Shown piece by piece: positions 19,461 to 28,905 of a DNA stretch of 64,000 bases. Both the position numbers and the translations under genes were made by a program. The stretch comes from an uncultured Alphaproteobacteria bacterium. GTDB lineage: Bacteria > Pseudomonadota > Alphaproteobacteria > GCA-2731375. Positions within the stretch are counted from its first letter, which is position 1; each line of letters starts with the position of its first letter. The DNA lies in the NCBI GenBank assembly GCA_951812805.1, contig CATOSZ010000009.1:120089-184088 (forward strand), given 5' to 3'. Under the pieces are notes generated by a model, which made no database searches, was not told the origin of the DNA, and saw only the letters and a program-made list of their open reading frames with translations.

Positions 19461-20525
19461 ATGAGCGACAAACCCAAGGTCCGCATTCGCAACCTCTACA
19501 AGATCTTCGGCACCGATCCGGCTTCCGTCCTCGACCAGGCCAAGGCGGGCCTGGGCAAGACGGAGATGCTGGAACGGCATGGCCACGTGCTCGGCCTGAA
19601 GGACATCTCGATCGACATCGGCGATGGCGAGATCACCGTCATCATGGGCCTCTCCGGCTCTGGCAAGTCGACGCTGATCCGCCATCTCAACCGGCTGATC
19701 GAGCCGACGGAGGGTGAGATCCTGGTCGACGGCATCGACGTCACCAGCTATGGCGAGGAGGAGTTGCGCCAGCTCCGCCAAATGCAAATGTCGATGGTCT
19801 TCCAGAAGTTCGCCCTGCTGCCGCACCGCACGGTGCTGGAGAACGCCGGCATGGCACTGCGCGTGCGCGGCGAAAGCGCGGCGGCAGCCGATGCGGCGGC
19901 CACGACCTGGCTCGACCGGGTCGGCCTCACCGGGTTCGAAGGGCACTATCCCCACCAGCTTTCGGGCGGCATGCAGCAGCGCGTCGGCATCGCCCGCGCG
20001 CTCACCTCGAATGCGCCGATCATGCTGATGGACGAGGCCTTCTCGGCCCTCGATCCGCTGATCCGCACCGACATGCAAGGCCTGCTGCTGGAATTGCAGC
20101 AGGATCTGCACAAGACCATCGTCTTCATCACCCACGACCTGGACGAGGCCCTGAAGCTCGCCGATCACCTGGTCATCCTGAAGGACGGCTATGTCGTGCA
20201 GCAGAGCGAGCCGCAGCACATCCTGCTGAACCCGGCCGACCCCTACATCGAGGACTTCGTCTCCGACATCAACCGGGCCCGCGTGCTGCGCGTCCGCTCG
20301 GTGATGACGCCGCTCGACGGCCGGGTGCCGGCGGACGCGGCGGGCGAGGTCGGCTACGACGACACGCTGGAAAGCGTCATCGCCATTTCCGGCGGCGACA
20401 CGGCACACGCCTATGCAGTGCTGCGCGACGGCACCCCGGTCGGCATGCTCGACATGAAGGACCTGGTCCGTGCCCTGGTACCCCGCGCCGCCTCCAATGG
20501 CGGCATGCTCAGCCGCGCGGTTTAA
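19461..20525 (+). CDS. Betaine-type ABC ATPase (ProV-like)
   Basis: GLSGSGKS, LSGGMQQRV, MDEAFSALDPLIR; C-terminal CBS-like region. Confidence 0.93.
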   Translation: MSDKPKVRIRNLYKIFGTDPASVLDQAKAGLGKTEMLERHGHVLGLKDISIDIGDGEITVIMGLSGSGKSTLIRHLNRLIEPTEGEILVDGIDVTSYGEEELRQLRQMQMSMVFQKFALLPHRTVLENAGMALRVRGESAAAADAAATTWLDRVGLTGFEGHYPHQLSGGMQQRVGIARALTSNAPIMLMDEAFSALDPLIRTDMQGLLLELQQDLHKTIVFITHDLDEALKLADHLVILKDGYVVQQSEPQHILLNPADPYIEDFVSDINRARVLRVRSVMTPLDGRVPADAAGEVGYDDTLESVIAISGGDTAHAYAVLRDGTPVGMLDMKDLVRALVPRAASNGGMLSRAV

Positions 20526-22267
20526 TCGAGAGCCAAGGCCGTCTCCAGTGCTGACGCCAGCTTCGCCTGACTGGCGTCACTGTCGAAGACCCGGAGACGC
20601 CCATCGATCAGGCTGGCGATGAAGTTCGGCGCGATCTGTTCGAGATGCCCGCGGTGTTGGCGCGCAAGCGCCGCGTCACCTCTTTCACCGGCATAGGCCA
20701 CCATGAGGGCGCGGCGGATCGGCGCGTTCGGCTGCGCGCGGATCGCTTCTTCGGCCCAGTTTCGGAATTCCTCGTCGTCCTCGGCGAATGCGGTCTGAGC
20801 CAACGCGAGATAGGCGGTTCCGGTCCACACGTCCTTCGGGTTCAACCGGATCGCCTTGAATGCGTTTGCCTTGGCCTCGTCCGTGTTACCGAGTTTGGCC
20901 TCGGCATAGGCCAGGACGGAGAGTGTTATGGCTTCGTTCGAATTGAGCGTCAGGCTATGGCGTAGATCCGTGCGCGCCACCGCGTTTCGCCGCGCCGTCA
21001 TGTTGGCGATACCCCGGTACAGGAAGGCCGTATGGGCATTCGGAAACAATAGAACAAAGGTCTCTGCCGCTTGCGCCAGTTCCTCCAACAGTTCGTCCGG
21101 CCGATCCGACCACTGGAATAGATGCTCAAGATACGCCGAATAGCAGATGGTCGCGTGGGCATGGAGACAACGTTCGTTCAGCGCCAAAGCCCGTCGCGCC
21201 ATGTCCCGGCCCACCCGCGTCCGTTCGGGGCTGGCTTCGCGCAACCCATTCTCGACTTCGTCCCAGGCGCGCCAGGCCAGGTCGTGGGCCTCGTCGAAGA
21301 CCAGGTCGCCGCGGCGCATCCGGGCCAATGCCGCATCCGTGATGTGCGGCATGATCGCGCTCGCCACCCGGGCCGTGACCTCGTCCTGCAGGTCGAAAAT
21401 CTCCTCGATGGTGCCGTCGTAGCGTTCCGCCCAGAGGTGCGTGCCGTCCGCGCCGTCGATGAGCTGGGCGGTGATCCGGACCCGTTGCCCGGCCTTCCGC
21501 ACGCTGCCCTCCAGGACGAAGTGAACGCCGAGTTCGCGCGCGACCTCGACCAGGTTCACCTCCCGTCCCTTGTAGGTGAAGGCGGTGTTGCAGGCGATGA
21601 CGTCGAGTTCGGCGAAGCGCGACAGCTCCGTCGTGATGTCCTCGGTGATGCCGTCGGAAAAATATTCCTGCTCGCCGTCGCCCGACATGTTGTCGAACGG
21701 CAGGACGACGATTCCCGGCCGGTCCGGCAGCGCACTCGGCCCGGCCACCGCCGCCGTCCGCGCGCCATCGGTCCAGCGCCAGACCCGGATCGGCCGCGAG
21801 ATGTTCTTGACTGTGTGCTCGCCCCCGTCCTCGAAGTCGACATCGAGTTTGCCCTGGACCTGTTCGTGGACATTGGCGGAAATGGCGATGCCGCCCGGCG
21901 CCGAGAGCGCTTCCAGACGCGCCGCGATATTGACGCCGTCGCCGAAGATGTCGTCACCGTCGACGATGACCTCGCCGATGTTGACGCCGATGCGCAGGCG
22001 CATCGCCTCGTCTTCCGCCATGCCGCGCTGGACGTCGAGCGCGCAGGCGAGCGCCGCGACGGCACTGGGAAATTCAACCAACAGACCGTCGCCGCTGGTG
22101 CCGACGACCCGGCCGCCGTGCCGCGCCACGGCGGGCCGCCAGAGGGTTTCGCGATACGACTTCAGGCGCGTGTGGGTGCCGGCCTCGTCGGCCTCCATCA
22201 ACCGCGAATAGCCGACAACGTCGGCGGCGAGGATCGCGGCGAGGCGGCGTTCGGTGGCGTCGGGCAT
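20522..22267 (-). CDS. Class III adenylate/guanylate cyclase with TolB-N-like and TPR domains
   Basis: RRLAAILAADVVGYSRLM, GDG, FGDGVNIAARLE, VLPFDNMSGD..QEYFSDG, TPR tail. Confidence 0.9.
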   Translation of the reverse strand: MPDATERRLAAILAADVVGYSRLMEADEAGTHTRLKSYRETLWRPAVARHGGRVVGTSGDGLLVEFPSAVAALACALDVQRGMAEDEAMRLRIGVNIGEVIVDGDDIFGDGVNIAARLEALSAPGGIAISANVHEQVQGKLDVDFEDGGEHTVKNISRPIRVWRWTDGARTAAVAGPSALPDRPGIVVLPFDNMSGDGEQEYFSDGITEDITTELSRFAELDVIACNTAFTYKGREVNLVEVARELGVHFVLEGSVRKAGQRVRITAQLIDGADGTHLWAERYDGTIEEIFDLQDEVTARVASAIMPHITDAALARMRRGDLVFDEAHDLAWRAWDEVENGLREASPERTRVGRDMARRALALNERCLHAHATICYSAYLEHLFQWSDRPDELLEELAQAAETFVLLFPNAHTAFLYRGIANMTARRNAVARTDLRHSLTLNSNEAITLSVLAYAEAKLGNTDEAKANAFKAIRLNPKDVWTGTAYLALAQTAFAEDDEEFRNWAEEAIRAQPNAPIRRALMVAYAGERGDAALARQHRGHLEQIAPNFIASLIDGRLRVFDSDASQAKLASALETALALD

Positions 22268-22275
22268 GGGGGCGG

Positions 22276-23937
22276 TCAGGCTGCGACTTGCAGTCGACAG
22301 AGGCAGGACGCCTTGATCGGCACGTCGGCGCGGGCTTCCGCCATGGCCAGGCGGGGGGCGATCAGCTCCGCCTCCGCCGTCCGGCCCTGGCGTCGCAGGC
22401 ATTCGTGCAGGCCATGCAGGCTCCAGACATTGTCGAGATGCTGGCAGGCCCGGATGAGCGTGTCGTCGAGACCGAGATCGGCGCGGTAGATCGCCTCCGC
22501 CTCCTCGACGCGGCCCTGCTCCAGCAGCAGGGCGCCCAGCGCATGGCGGGCCGGCTGCATCCAGCCCCAGGGCTCGTCATAAGGCATGTCGTCGGCGAGC
22601 GCGGCGGCATGGCGCAGATGCGCGAAGGCCGGTTCGTGCTCGCCCTTGCGATACGCGATTTCGCCGGCCAGCATTTCCGCCGCGACGGCCAGAATATCCC
22701 GGCAGCTGTTGTTGAAGACCGTGCGGCTCGCCGGCACCCGGGCAACCGCGGCCGTGAAGCGCGCGCGCTCTTCGTCCGCCGCCGCGACATCGCCGAGGAC
22801 CGCATGCGCCAGCCCCTTGGCATAGTGCAGCAGGGCCGTCGTCGTGCAGTAGAGCTCCCGGTCCACCGGCAGGTCGAGGGCGAGGATCTCCCGCCATTTG
22901 CCGAAGCGGATGCGGGCATGGATGTTCATCGCCACATAGCCTTCGAGCCAGTCGGCCATGGGGGGCGACTCGACCCTGAGCAACGCCTCGGGAATGTTGT
23001 CGAGCAGGCCTTCCGCCGCCTCCCGGGCCGCCGTGTACTGCCCGGCGAACATCGCGCCGTAAAGCTTGAAGTGGAGGTTGTGCGCCCGCGAGAGCGCCTG
23101 GAAGTTCATCTTGCCCTCGCGTGCCAGCATTTTGCGATCGGCCCGGATCGCCGCCGAGTTCGAGGCGACCACATTGTAGTAGTCGCCGCACTGGGCGTAG
23201 ATGTGCGTCGGCATGTGCAGTAGATGACCGGCGTCGGGCGCCAGCGTCCCCAGGATGTCGGCGGCCCTGAGCGCCTGTTCCGGGCGCGGCGACATCTCCA
23301 TCAGGTGAATATAAAGGTGCAGCAGGCCGAGATGGGGCGGCTCGCCCGCCGCCTCCATGGCCCGCATCTTGCCCTCGACGACCTCGATCGCCTCCAGCGT
23401 GTCGGCGCCCGGTGCCGGTTCCCCGGTTTCCAGATCCCAGAGCGCCCAGGGCGTGCGGTTCATCATGGCGTCGGCGAAGATCACCGCGACGTCGGCGTCG
23501 TCGGGAAAGGCGCGATAGACCTCGCGCATGGCGTCGGCATAATCGTCGTTCCAGACGTCGAAATCGTCCGGCGGCGCGGCGGCGGGAAAGCGGCGGGACA
23601 GCGCCTCGATCAAGGCCCGCTCCACCGGGCTCGCATACGCGAGGCGAGCCAGCGCCTCCCCGGTCGCGGCATGGCTTCTGGCCAGCGTCCGGCGCAGGTC
23701 GAGGTCGTCGAAGCGATTCCACTGCTTGTTGTAGTAGGGTCCGACGGCAAAGCCGAGGCCCCAGTAGGCCATGGCGCAGTCGGGATCGGCCTCGATCGCC
23801 CGGTCGAAGCAACGCGCCGCCTCCTCGAAACTGAAGGCGTAGCACCACAAAAGCCCGCGGGAAAACCAGAGCCGGGCCTGCGGCGAGGTCGTCGAAACGG
23901 CCCGGTCGAAGCCGCCGAGATCGTAATAGTCGTCCAT
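22276..23937 (-). CDS. TPR-repeat protein with His-rich core
   Basis: TPR helices, HLYIH, GHLLHMPTHIY, YDEPWGW, C-terminal SCLCR. Confidence 0.75.
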   Translation of the reverse strand: MDDYYDLGGFDRAVSTTSPQARLWFSRGLLWCYAFSFEEAARCFDRAIEADPDCAMAYWGLGFAVGPYYNKQWNRFDDLDLRRTLARSHAATGEALARLAYASPVERALIEALSRRFPAAAPPDDFDVWNDDYADAMREVYRAFPDDADVAVIFADAMMNRTPWALWDLETGEPAPGADTLEAIEVVEGKMRAMEAAGEPPHLGLLHLYIHLMEMSPRPEQALRAADILGTLAPDAGHLLHMPTHIYAQCGDYYNVVASNSAAIRADRKMLAREGKMNFQALSRAHNLHFKLYGAMFAGQYTAAREAAEGLLDNIPEALLRVESPPMADWLEGYVAMNIHARIRFGKWREILALDLPVDRELYCTTTALLHYAKGLAHAVLGDVAAADEERARFTAAVARVPASRTVFNNSCRDILAVAAEMLAGEIAYRKGEHEPAFAHLRHAAALADDMPYDEPWGWMQPARHALGALLLEQGRVEEAEAIYRADLGLDDTLIRACQHLDNVWSLHGLHECLRRQGRTAEAELIAPRLAMAEARADVPIKASCLCRLQVAA

Positions 23938-23976
23938 CGCCTGGCCTTTCCCTCTCAGCCGCCGGCCGCCGCCCGC

Positions 23977-25506
23977 TCAGAAGGTCGTCGGCCAGGTCCG
24001 CATCTTGTGTTCGCCGACACCCTTGGTCAGGCGCCGCTCGTGCAGTTCCAGCATACGCGTCAGCCAGTCGCGGGTCTCGCGCGGATCGATCACCGTCTGC
24101 GCCCGGTAGCTCGCCGCCAGGCTGTACGCGTCGGTGTCGCGGGCGAGGTATTCGCTGAGCTCGCGGTAGCGCTCGGGATCGTCCTCGGGGCGAAGGCGGT
24201 AGACCACGTTCACGCCGACCTCGGGATCCATGAAGCTGACGTCGGCGGTATACCAGAGCGCCATTTCATCGCACACGCCCGCGCCCATGTTGAGGTGGGC
24301 CTGGCCGTAGGACTTGCGCATGACGACAGACAGCTTGGGCACCGTCGCCATGTGCAGGGCCTGCATGTAGTTCATGATCTTGCCGGGAAGCTTCAGCCGC
24401 TCCCCCACCGTGCCGACCAGGAAGCCGGGCGTGTCGGCGAAGGTGATGATCGGCAGGTTGAAGCTGTCGGCCAGCACGATCAGGTTCATCGCCTTGTCGC
24501 AGGCGTCCGCGTCGAGCGCGCCGCCCTTGAACATCGGGTTGGTGGCGATGATGGCCACGGCCCGGCCGTCGATCCGCGCCAGGCCGGTGGTGACGACGCG
24601 GGAATAGCGTTCCTTCAGGGGAAAGAAGCTGTCCGCGTCGACGATCGCCGCGATCACCTTGCGGACGTCGTACACCTTGGCCCGGCTCTCCGGCAGGATC
24701 CGCAGTAACGCGTCGGCCTGCTCTCCCGAGCCGGGCGGCACCGGCGCGCGGGGCGGCGCCTCGCCATGATGGCTCGGCAGGTAGGAGAGGAAGCGCCGCA
24801 CCGCGTCGAGCGCGGCCTCGTCCGTGTCGACCGCCAGGTCCGCCTGGCCGGTCACCTCCGTCTGCATGCGCCAGCCGCCGAGGTCCTCGGGATCCTCCGC
24901 CTCCGAGATCGCCACCGAGGTGACGTTGACGCTGGAGACGGCCATGATCGCCCCCTTGCGCATGACGCAGAAGTCCGAGGTGACGGCCCGCCAGGTCCCG
25001 CCGCCATAGGACGAACCGAGCACGGCGGCGGCCTGCGGCACGACACGCTCGCGGCTGAGGTTGAAGTATTCGCCGGTTTTGTGGATACCGGTGCCGCCCA
25101 TGACGTCCGGCATGCGGGCGCCGGAGCATTCGCAAAGGAAGATCAGCGGCACCCCGTTGGCGATGGCCGTCGCCTGCATCTTCTGCTTCTTGATGCCGTT
25201 GATTTCGGCACTGGAAGAACCCATGGCGGAGAAGTCGGCGGCATTGACCAGGACCGGCCGGCCCTCGATTTTGCCGAAGCCATCGACCGAGCCGTCGGCG
25301 GGCGCGCGATCATGATCCTCGACGCGGGCGGGCAGGGCCAGCAGCCCGCTTTCGACGAAGCTGCCGTCATCCAACAGATGATCGAGACGCTGGCGGACGT
25401 TCAGCAGACCGTCGTCGGCGAACTGTTGCAATCGTCGGGCCGAGCCCATGGCCCGCGCCTTCGCCCGGCGCCGTTCCAGCTCCTCGATTTCCGCTTCGAA
25501 GGCCAT
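23977..25506 (-). CDS. Acyl-CoA carboxylase carboxyltransferase (beta) subunit
   Basis: RQRLDHLLDDGSFVE, PADG, SGARM, LGGW, DTPGFLVG, RKSYG, IDPRETR. Confidence 0.88.
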   Translation of the reverse strand: MAFEAEIEELERRRAKARAMGSARRLQQFADDGLLNVRQRLDHLLDDGSFVESGLLALPARVEDHDRAPADGSVDGFGKIEGRPVLVNAADFSAMGSSSAEINGIKKQKMQATAIANGVPLIFLCECSGARMPDVMGGTGIHKTGEYFNLSRERVVPQAAAVLGSSYGGGTWRAVTSDFCVMRKGAIMAVSSVNVTSVAISEAEDPEDLGGWRMQTEVTGQADLAVDTDEAALDAVRRFLSYLPSHHGEAPPRAPVPPGSGEQADALLRILPESRAKVYDVRKVIAAIVDADSFFPLKERYSRVVTTGLARIDGRAVAIIATNPMFKGGALDADACDKAMNLIVLADSFNLPIITFADTPGFLVGTVGERLKLPGKIMNYMQALHMATVPKLSVVMRKSYGQAHLNMGAGVCDEMALWYTADVSFMDPEVGVNVVYRLRPEDDPERYRELSEYLARDTDAYSLAASYRAQTVIDPRETRDWLTRMLELHERRLTKGVGEHKMRTWPTTF

Positions 25507-25585
25507 CGCTTTCTCCCCAAACCGTTGGACCGGTCCGGACTCTGGCGGAAAGCGATTGCTGCGCCAAGAGGGACGCTGCGTATGG

Positions 25586-27598
25586 TCACTCGCCCGGCGG
25601 CAAAGCCCGGGTCGGCGGTTCCGCCATGGCGAGCGCATGTTTCATCGGCGATTTCGGCGACCGATGCGATGGCGGCACACCATCTCCCACAGCAGGCATC
25701 TCGGGACGTCGCCATCGCGCGATCAGCGGGCCCAGCTGATCCGCGACATGGGCCATCAGATCGAAGATATAGGCGTCCGGGAGACTGTCCTCGGTACAAT
25801 AGAATTCGAGCACCGCGGCAACGTCGCCGTCGACGAAAACGGGAAAATCGAACACCGCGCGCGGCATCCCCACCGCATCGAAGCCCAACGTCGCGTAGCC
25901 GTCTTCGAAGCGGAGATCGAGCGACCATTGCGCCGTCCCCTCGCGCAGGACACGACCCGGCAGTTCCAGGGCGGACTGCGCATCCGAGCGGCCGAGCGCC
26001 TCGACCAGGGCCGAGAACCGCACGGGATCGGCGTCATGCCAGAGATCGGTGCGCTGGGGAATGCCGCCCTGTTCCTCGTCGCGAAGATAAAGACCGCCGA
26101 TCTCCCATCCCGTCCAGGTGCAGATTTCCGCGAGGCTGTAGCGGATCACCGCGTCGAAGTCGGAGCCGTCGTTCATCCTGTGGGCGATGCGCCGGGCGAG
26201 TTCCAGCGTGCCGGCCTCCCGGTGCAAGGCCCGCAACGCCGCCTCGTGCTCCCGCGCCTCCGCGTTGACCTGGTCCAACACGCGATTGTACTGCGCCGCG
26301 ATCCGGCCGACTTCCGTGTGCGGCTCGACATCGACGCGTTCGGAGAAATCGTTCCGGCGGCGCTGCGTTTCCATCGTGTCCAGCAGATCGAAGAGATCGT
26401 CGCGCGCGTCGTGCTCGGCCACGTTCAAGCCGATGAATTCCGCCTCCGCGCTCACCCGCAAGGGAAAGTATCGATTGATCGCGCGCAGCAGGAGGTAGCT
26501 CAATCCAAAGCCCCAGACGAACGCGACGGCGACGCCGAGACCTTGCACCGCCAACTGCTCCAGGCGGCCGGCGCCGCCGGGAAACCGCGATGGATCCCCC
26601 AACAGGGCGAGCGACAGGCAACCCCAAATACCCCCGGCGCAGTGTACCGGAACCGCGCCGATCGCATCGTCGATCCGCCAACGCTGGAGCAGCGAGGTTG
26701 CACCGCAGAAGCACACGCCGCCGCCGATGCCGATCAGTGCCGCAGCCCAGGACGCGACCATGTCCGGACCCGCGGTGATCGCGACCAGCCCGGCGAGGGA
26801 GCCGCTCAGGATATAGGCGACATCCGGCCGGCCGAACAGTCGCCACGACAGGACCATCGCGGTGCTGCCGCCGAAGATTCCGGCCAGCATGGTGTTGACC
26901 AAAATCGATGGCACGGCGTCGCTCATCGCCAGCGTGCTGCCGCCGTTGAAACCGCACCAGCCGACCCACAGCAGCAGGACACCGAGCGCCGCCGTCGGCA
27001 TGCTCTGTCCGCGGATCGGCGGTTGTTCGGGATCGAACCGGCCGAGCCGGGGGCCGAGCACGAGAATCGCCGCCAGGGCGACCCAGCCGCCGAGCGCATG
27101 CACGACCGTCGCGCCGGCGAAGTCCAGAAAGCCGAGGCTCCTCAGCCAACCACCGGTGACGCCCGTGTCGACGCCGTTCCACACCCAGCCGCCGAAGACC
27201 GGGTAGAGCAGTCCTGAAACCAAGGCCGCGATGACCAGATAGCCGGCGAAGCGCAAACGTTCGGCCACCGCGCCGGAGATGATCGTCGTCGCCGCACCGC
27301 AGAACATCAGCTGGAACAGAAAGAATGTCGTCAGCCAGGCGTCCTGGCCGCCGTCGAAGAAGAAGTGGGAGGTGCCGACGAGGCCCATCCGCGAAGCCCC
27401 GAACATGAGGCCGAAACCGACTGCCCAGAACAGCATGCCGGCGATACAGAAGTCGGCCATGTTCTTGATGGCGACGTTGATGCTGTTCTTGGCGCGGACG
27501 AGCCCGCTTTCCAGGCAACAGAAGCCGGCCTGCATGCAAAAGATCAGAACCGCACAGAACAGCAGCCAAAGCAGATCGGTCGTCGTATGGGCTTGCAT
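25586..27598 (-). CDS. Ammonium transporter fused to a linker and GAF domain
   Basis: MQAGF..LESG, DFAG..VVH..GG, FNGGS and DDAIGAVPVH (both pore His residues), then a HAMP-like linker and a GAF-like domain. Confidence 0.88.
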   Translation of the reverse strand: MQAHTTTDLLWLLFCAVLIFCMQAGFCCLESGLVRAKNSINVAIKNMADFCIAGMLFWAVGFGLMFGASRMGLVGTSHFFFDGGQDAWLTTFFLFQLMFCGAATTIISGAVAERLRFAGYLVIAALVSGLLYPVFGGWVWNGVDTGVTGGWLRSLGFLDFAGATVVHALGGWVALAAILVLGPRLGRFDPEQPPIRGQSMPTAALGVLLLWVGWCGFNGGSTLAMSDAVPSILVNTMLAGIFGGSTAMVLSWRLFGRPDVAYILSGSLAGLVAITAGPDMVASWAAALIGIGGGVCFCGATSLLQRWRIDDAIGAVPVHCAGGIWGCLSLALLGDPSRFPGGAGRLEQLAVQGLGVAVAFVWGFGLSYLLLRAINRYFPLRVSAEAEFIGLNVAEHDARDDLFDLLDTMETQRRRNDFSERVDVEPHTEVGRIAAQYNRVLDQVNAEAREHEAALRALHREAGTLELARRIAHRMNDGSDFDAVIRYSLAEICTWTGWEIGGLYLRDEEQGGIPQRTDLWHDADPVRFSALVEALGRSDAQSALELPGRVLREGTAQWSLDLRFEDGYATLGFDAVGMPRAVFDFPVFVDGDVAAVLEFYCTEDSLPDAYIFDLMAHVADQLGPLIARWRRPEMPAVGDGVPPSHRSPKSPMKHALAMAEPPTRALPPGE

Positions 27599-27650
27599 GG
27601 TACAACCCGCCGCCCCGGAAAGTTCGAGGCGGCATGTTGCGACGCGCGGC

Positions 27651-27666
27651 GTGAAAATCCGGTTAA
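27651..27666 (-). promoter_or_regulatory. CtrA-like box (1 mismatch) upstream of amt-GAF
   Basis: Minus strand reads TTAA-CCGGATT-TTCAC versus consensus TTAA-N7-TTAAC. Confidence 0.45.
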
Positions 27667-27716
27667 AGTCCCGGCGTCACAGATCTCGACGGCGCCTGCG
27701 CCCGACGCCGTCCGGT

Positions 27717-28520
27717 TCAACTTCCCGGATCGGAGGCCTTCCAGTAGCGCTTGACCTCGACGTTCATTAACTCGTCGTGTCGGCGGCGCAGGCACTCGTT
27801 CGCCGAGTAACCGCCGAGACGCACGACCCGGTCGTCCCAGCAACGCTCGTATTCCCGGGCCGCGACACGAAGCCGTGCCGGCGACACCCGGTCCAGCCCG
27901 CGACGCATCGCCTCGCTCCACAACCGCGCCTCCGCGTCCGGACGGCGATCGATCACCCGGGGCACCGTATTGACCAGGGCCGTCAGACCGCGAACTCGTT
28001 CGACCGTGCCGGCGCCGTCGACCAGGTCGGCGCCGAGCGCGCGGCGCGATCCCGTCGCCTCCGCGAGTTCCGTGGAACTCTGCGGATCCGGATCGCCGAT
28101 ATGGGCACGTGGCGTCAAGGTCACCCTGGGTCCGATGGCGATGGCCGCCCGACGGCCACCGAGTTCCGCCAACACCGCCTCGGGAAGGGAGATGGTGACC
28201 GCCGCATGTCCGGCACGCGGCGTGCTTATCCTCACATGCGCCGCCGCGTCGATCTCGCGCACCCGGCCGCCGGGTTCCGTGACTCGGAGGGTGAGGCCAC
28301 CGGTCTCGGCCACCTCGTAGACGGTCCCCTTGCCCGGAAACGCGCGGGCTTTCTGCAAGCAGAAGCTGGTGAATTCCGCCTGGCAAAGGCCGGCTTCGCA
28401 ACGAAGCGGCACCGGCCGGTCCATGGCCACCAGGCCCAACGCCTGCGGTGCCGCGCTGGCCGCGGCGAGGGGTATCGCCAACCAGCCGGCGAGGGAAACA
28501 ACAAACGATCCGATACGCAT
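27717..28520 (-). CDS. Secreted Cys-containing hypothetical protein
   Basis: Signal peptide; C-x3-LC-x6-CLQ-x2-R block and a C-terminal Cys pair; AAGGAG RBS. Confidence 0.7.
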   Translation of the reverse strand: MRIGSFVVSLAGWLAIPLAAASAAPQALGLVAMDRPVPLRCEAGLCQAEFTSFCLQKARAFPGKGTVYEVAETGGLTLRVTEPGGRVREIDAAAHVRISTPRAGHAAVTISLPEAVLAELGGRRAAIAIGPRVTLTPRAHIGDPDPQSSTELAEATGSRRALGADLVDGAGTVERVRGLTALVNTVPRVIDRRPDAEARLWSEAMRRGLDRVSPARLRVAAREYERCWDDRVVRLGGYSANECLRRRHDELMNVEVKRYWKASDPGS

Positions 28521-28625
28521 GCTCGTGCTCCTTCCACGTCAATTCATCGCGAGGGCAACAAGGTCGCAACGGCGATGCTCCCGCGCCGAAGGCGGGCCTG
28601 TCAAGCGGAAGCGAGCAGCGGAACG

Positions 28626-28829
28626 TTATTGTCGGCTGTGGTACTTGGCGAAGTAGTTGTCGGCATGCGCATCGGCGGCGGCGCGACTGCTGATACAGGC
28701 ATCATGTTCGGCGGTACCCGATTGATGTCCCGCATCGTTGCAGAGACCGGCGAGCCAGCTTTCCCGTGTCGTATCGCAAGCAGCGAGGGAGAAGACGATC
28801 AGGGAAGCAAGGACCAGGGTTTTTGGCAT
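28626..28829 (-). CDS. Small lipoprotein (67 aa)
   Basis: AAAGGAGG RBS, LAAC lipobox, C-x3-G-x3-GT-x2-H-x2-C motif. Confidence 0.7.
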   Translation of the reverse strand: MPKTLVLASLIVFSLAACDTTRESWLAGLCNDAGHQSGTAEHDACISSRAAADAHADNYFAKYHSRQ

Positions 28830-28905
28830 GGGATGTCCTCCTTTGATCAGGATCCCGAGCCTGCACCATGGCCGGACGTCGGCAGAATCAAACCCACACA
28901 CGATT

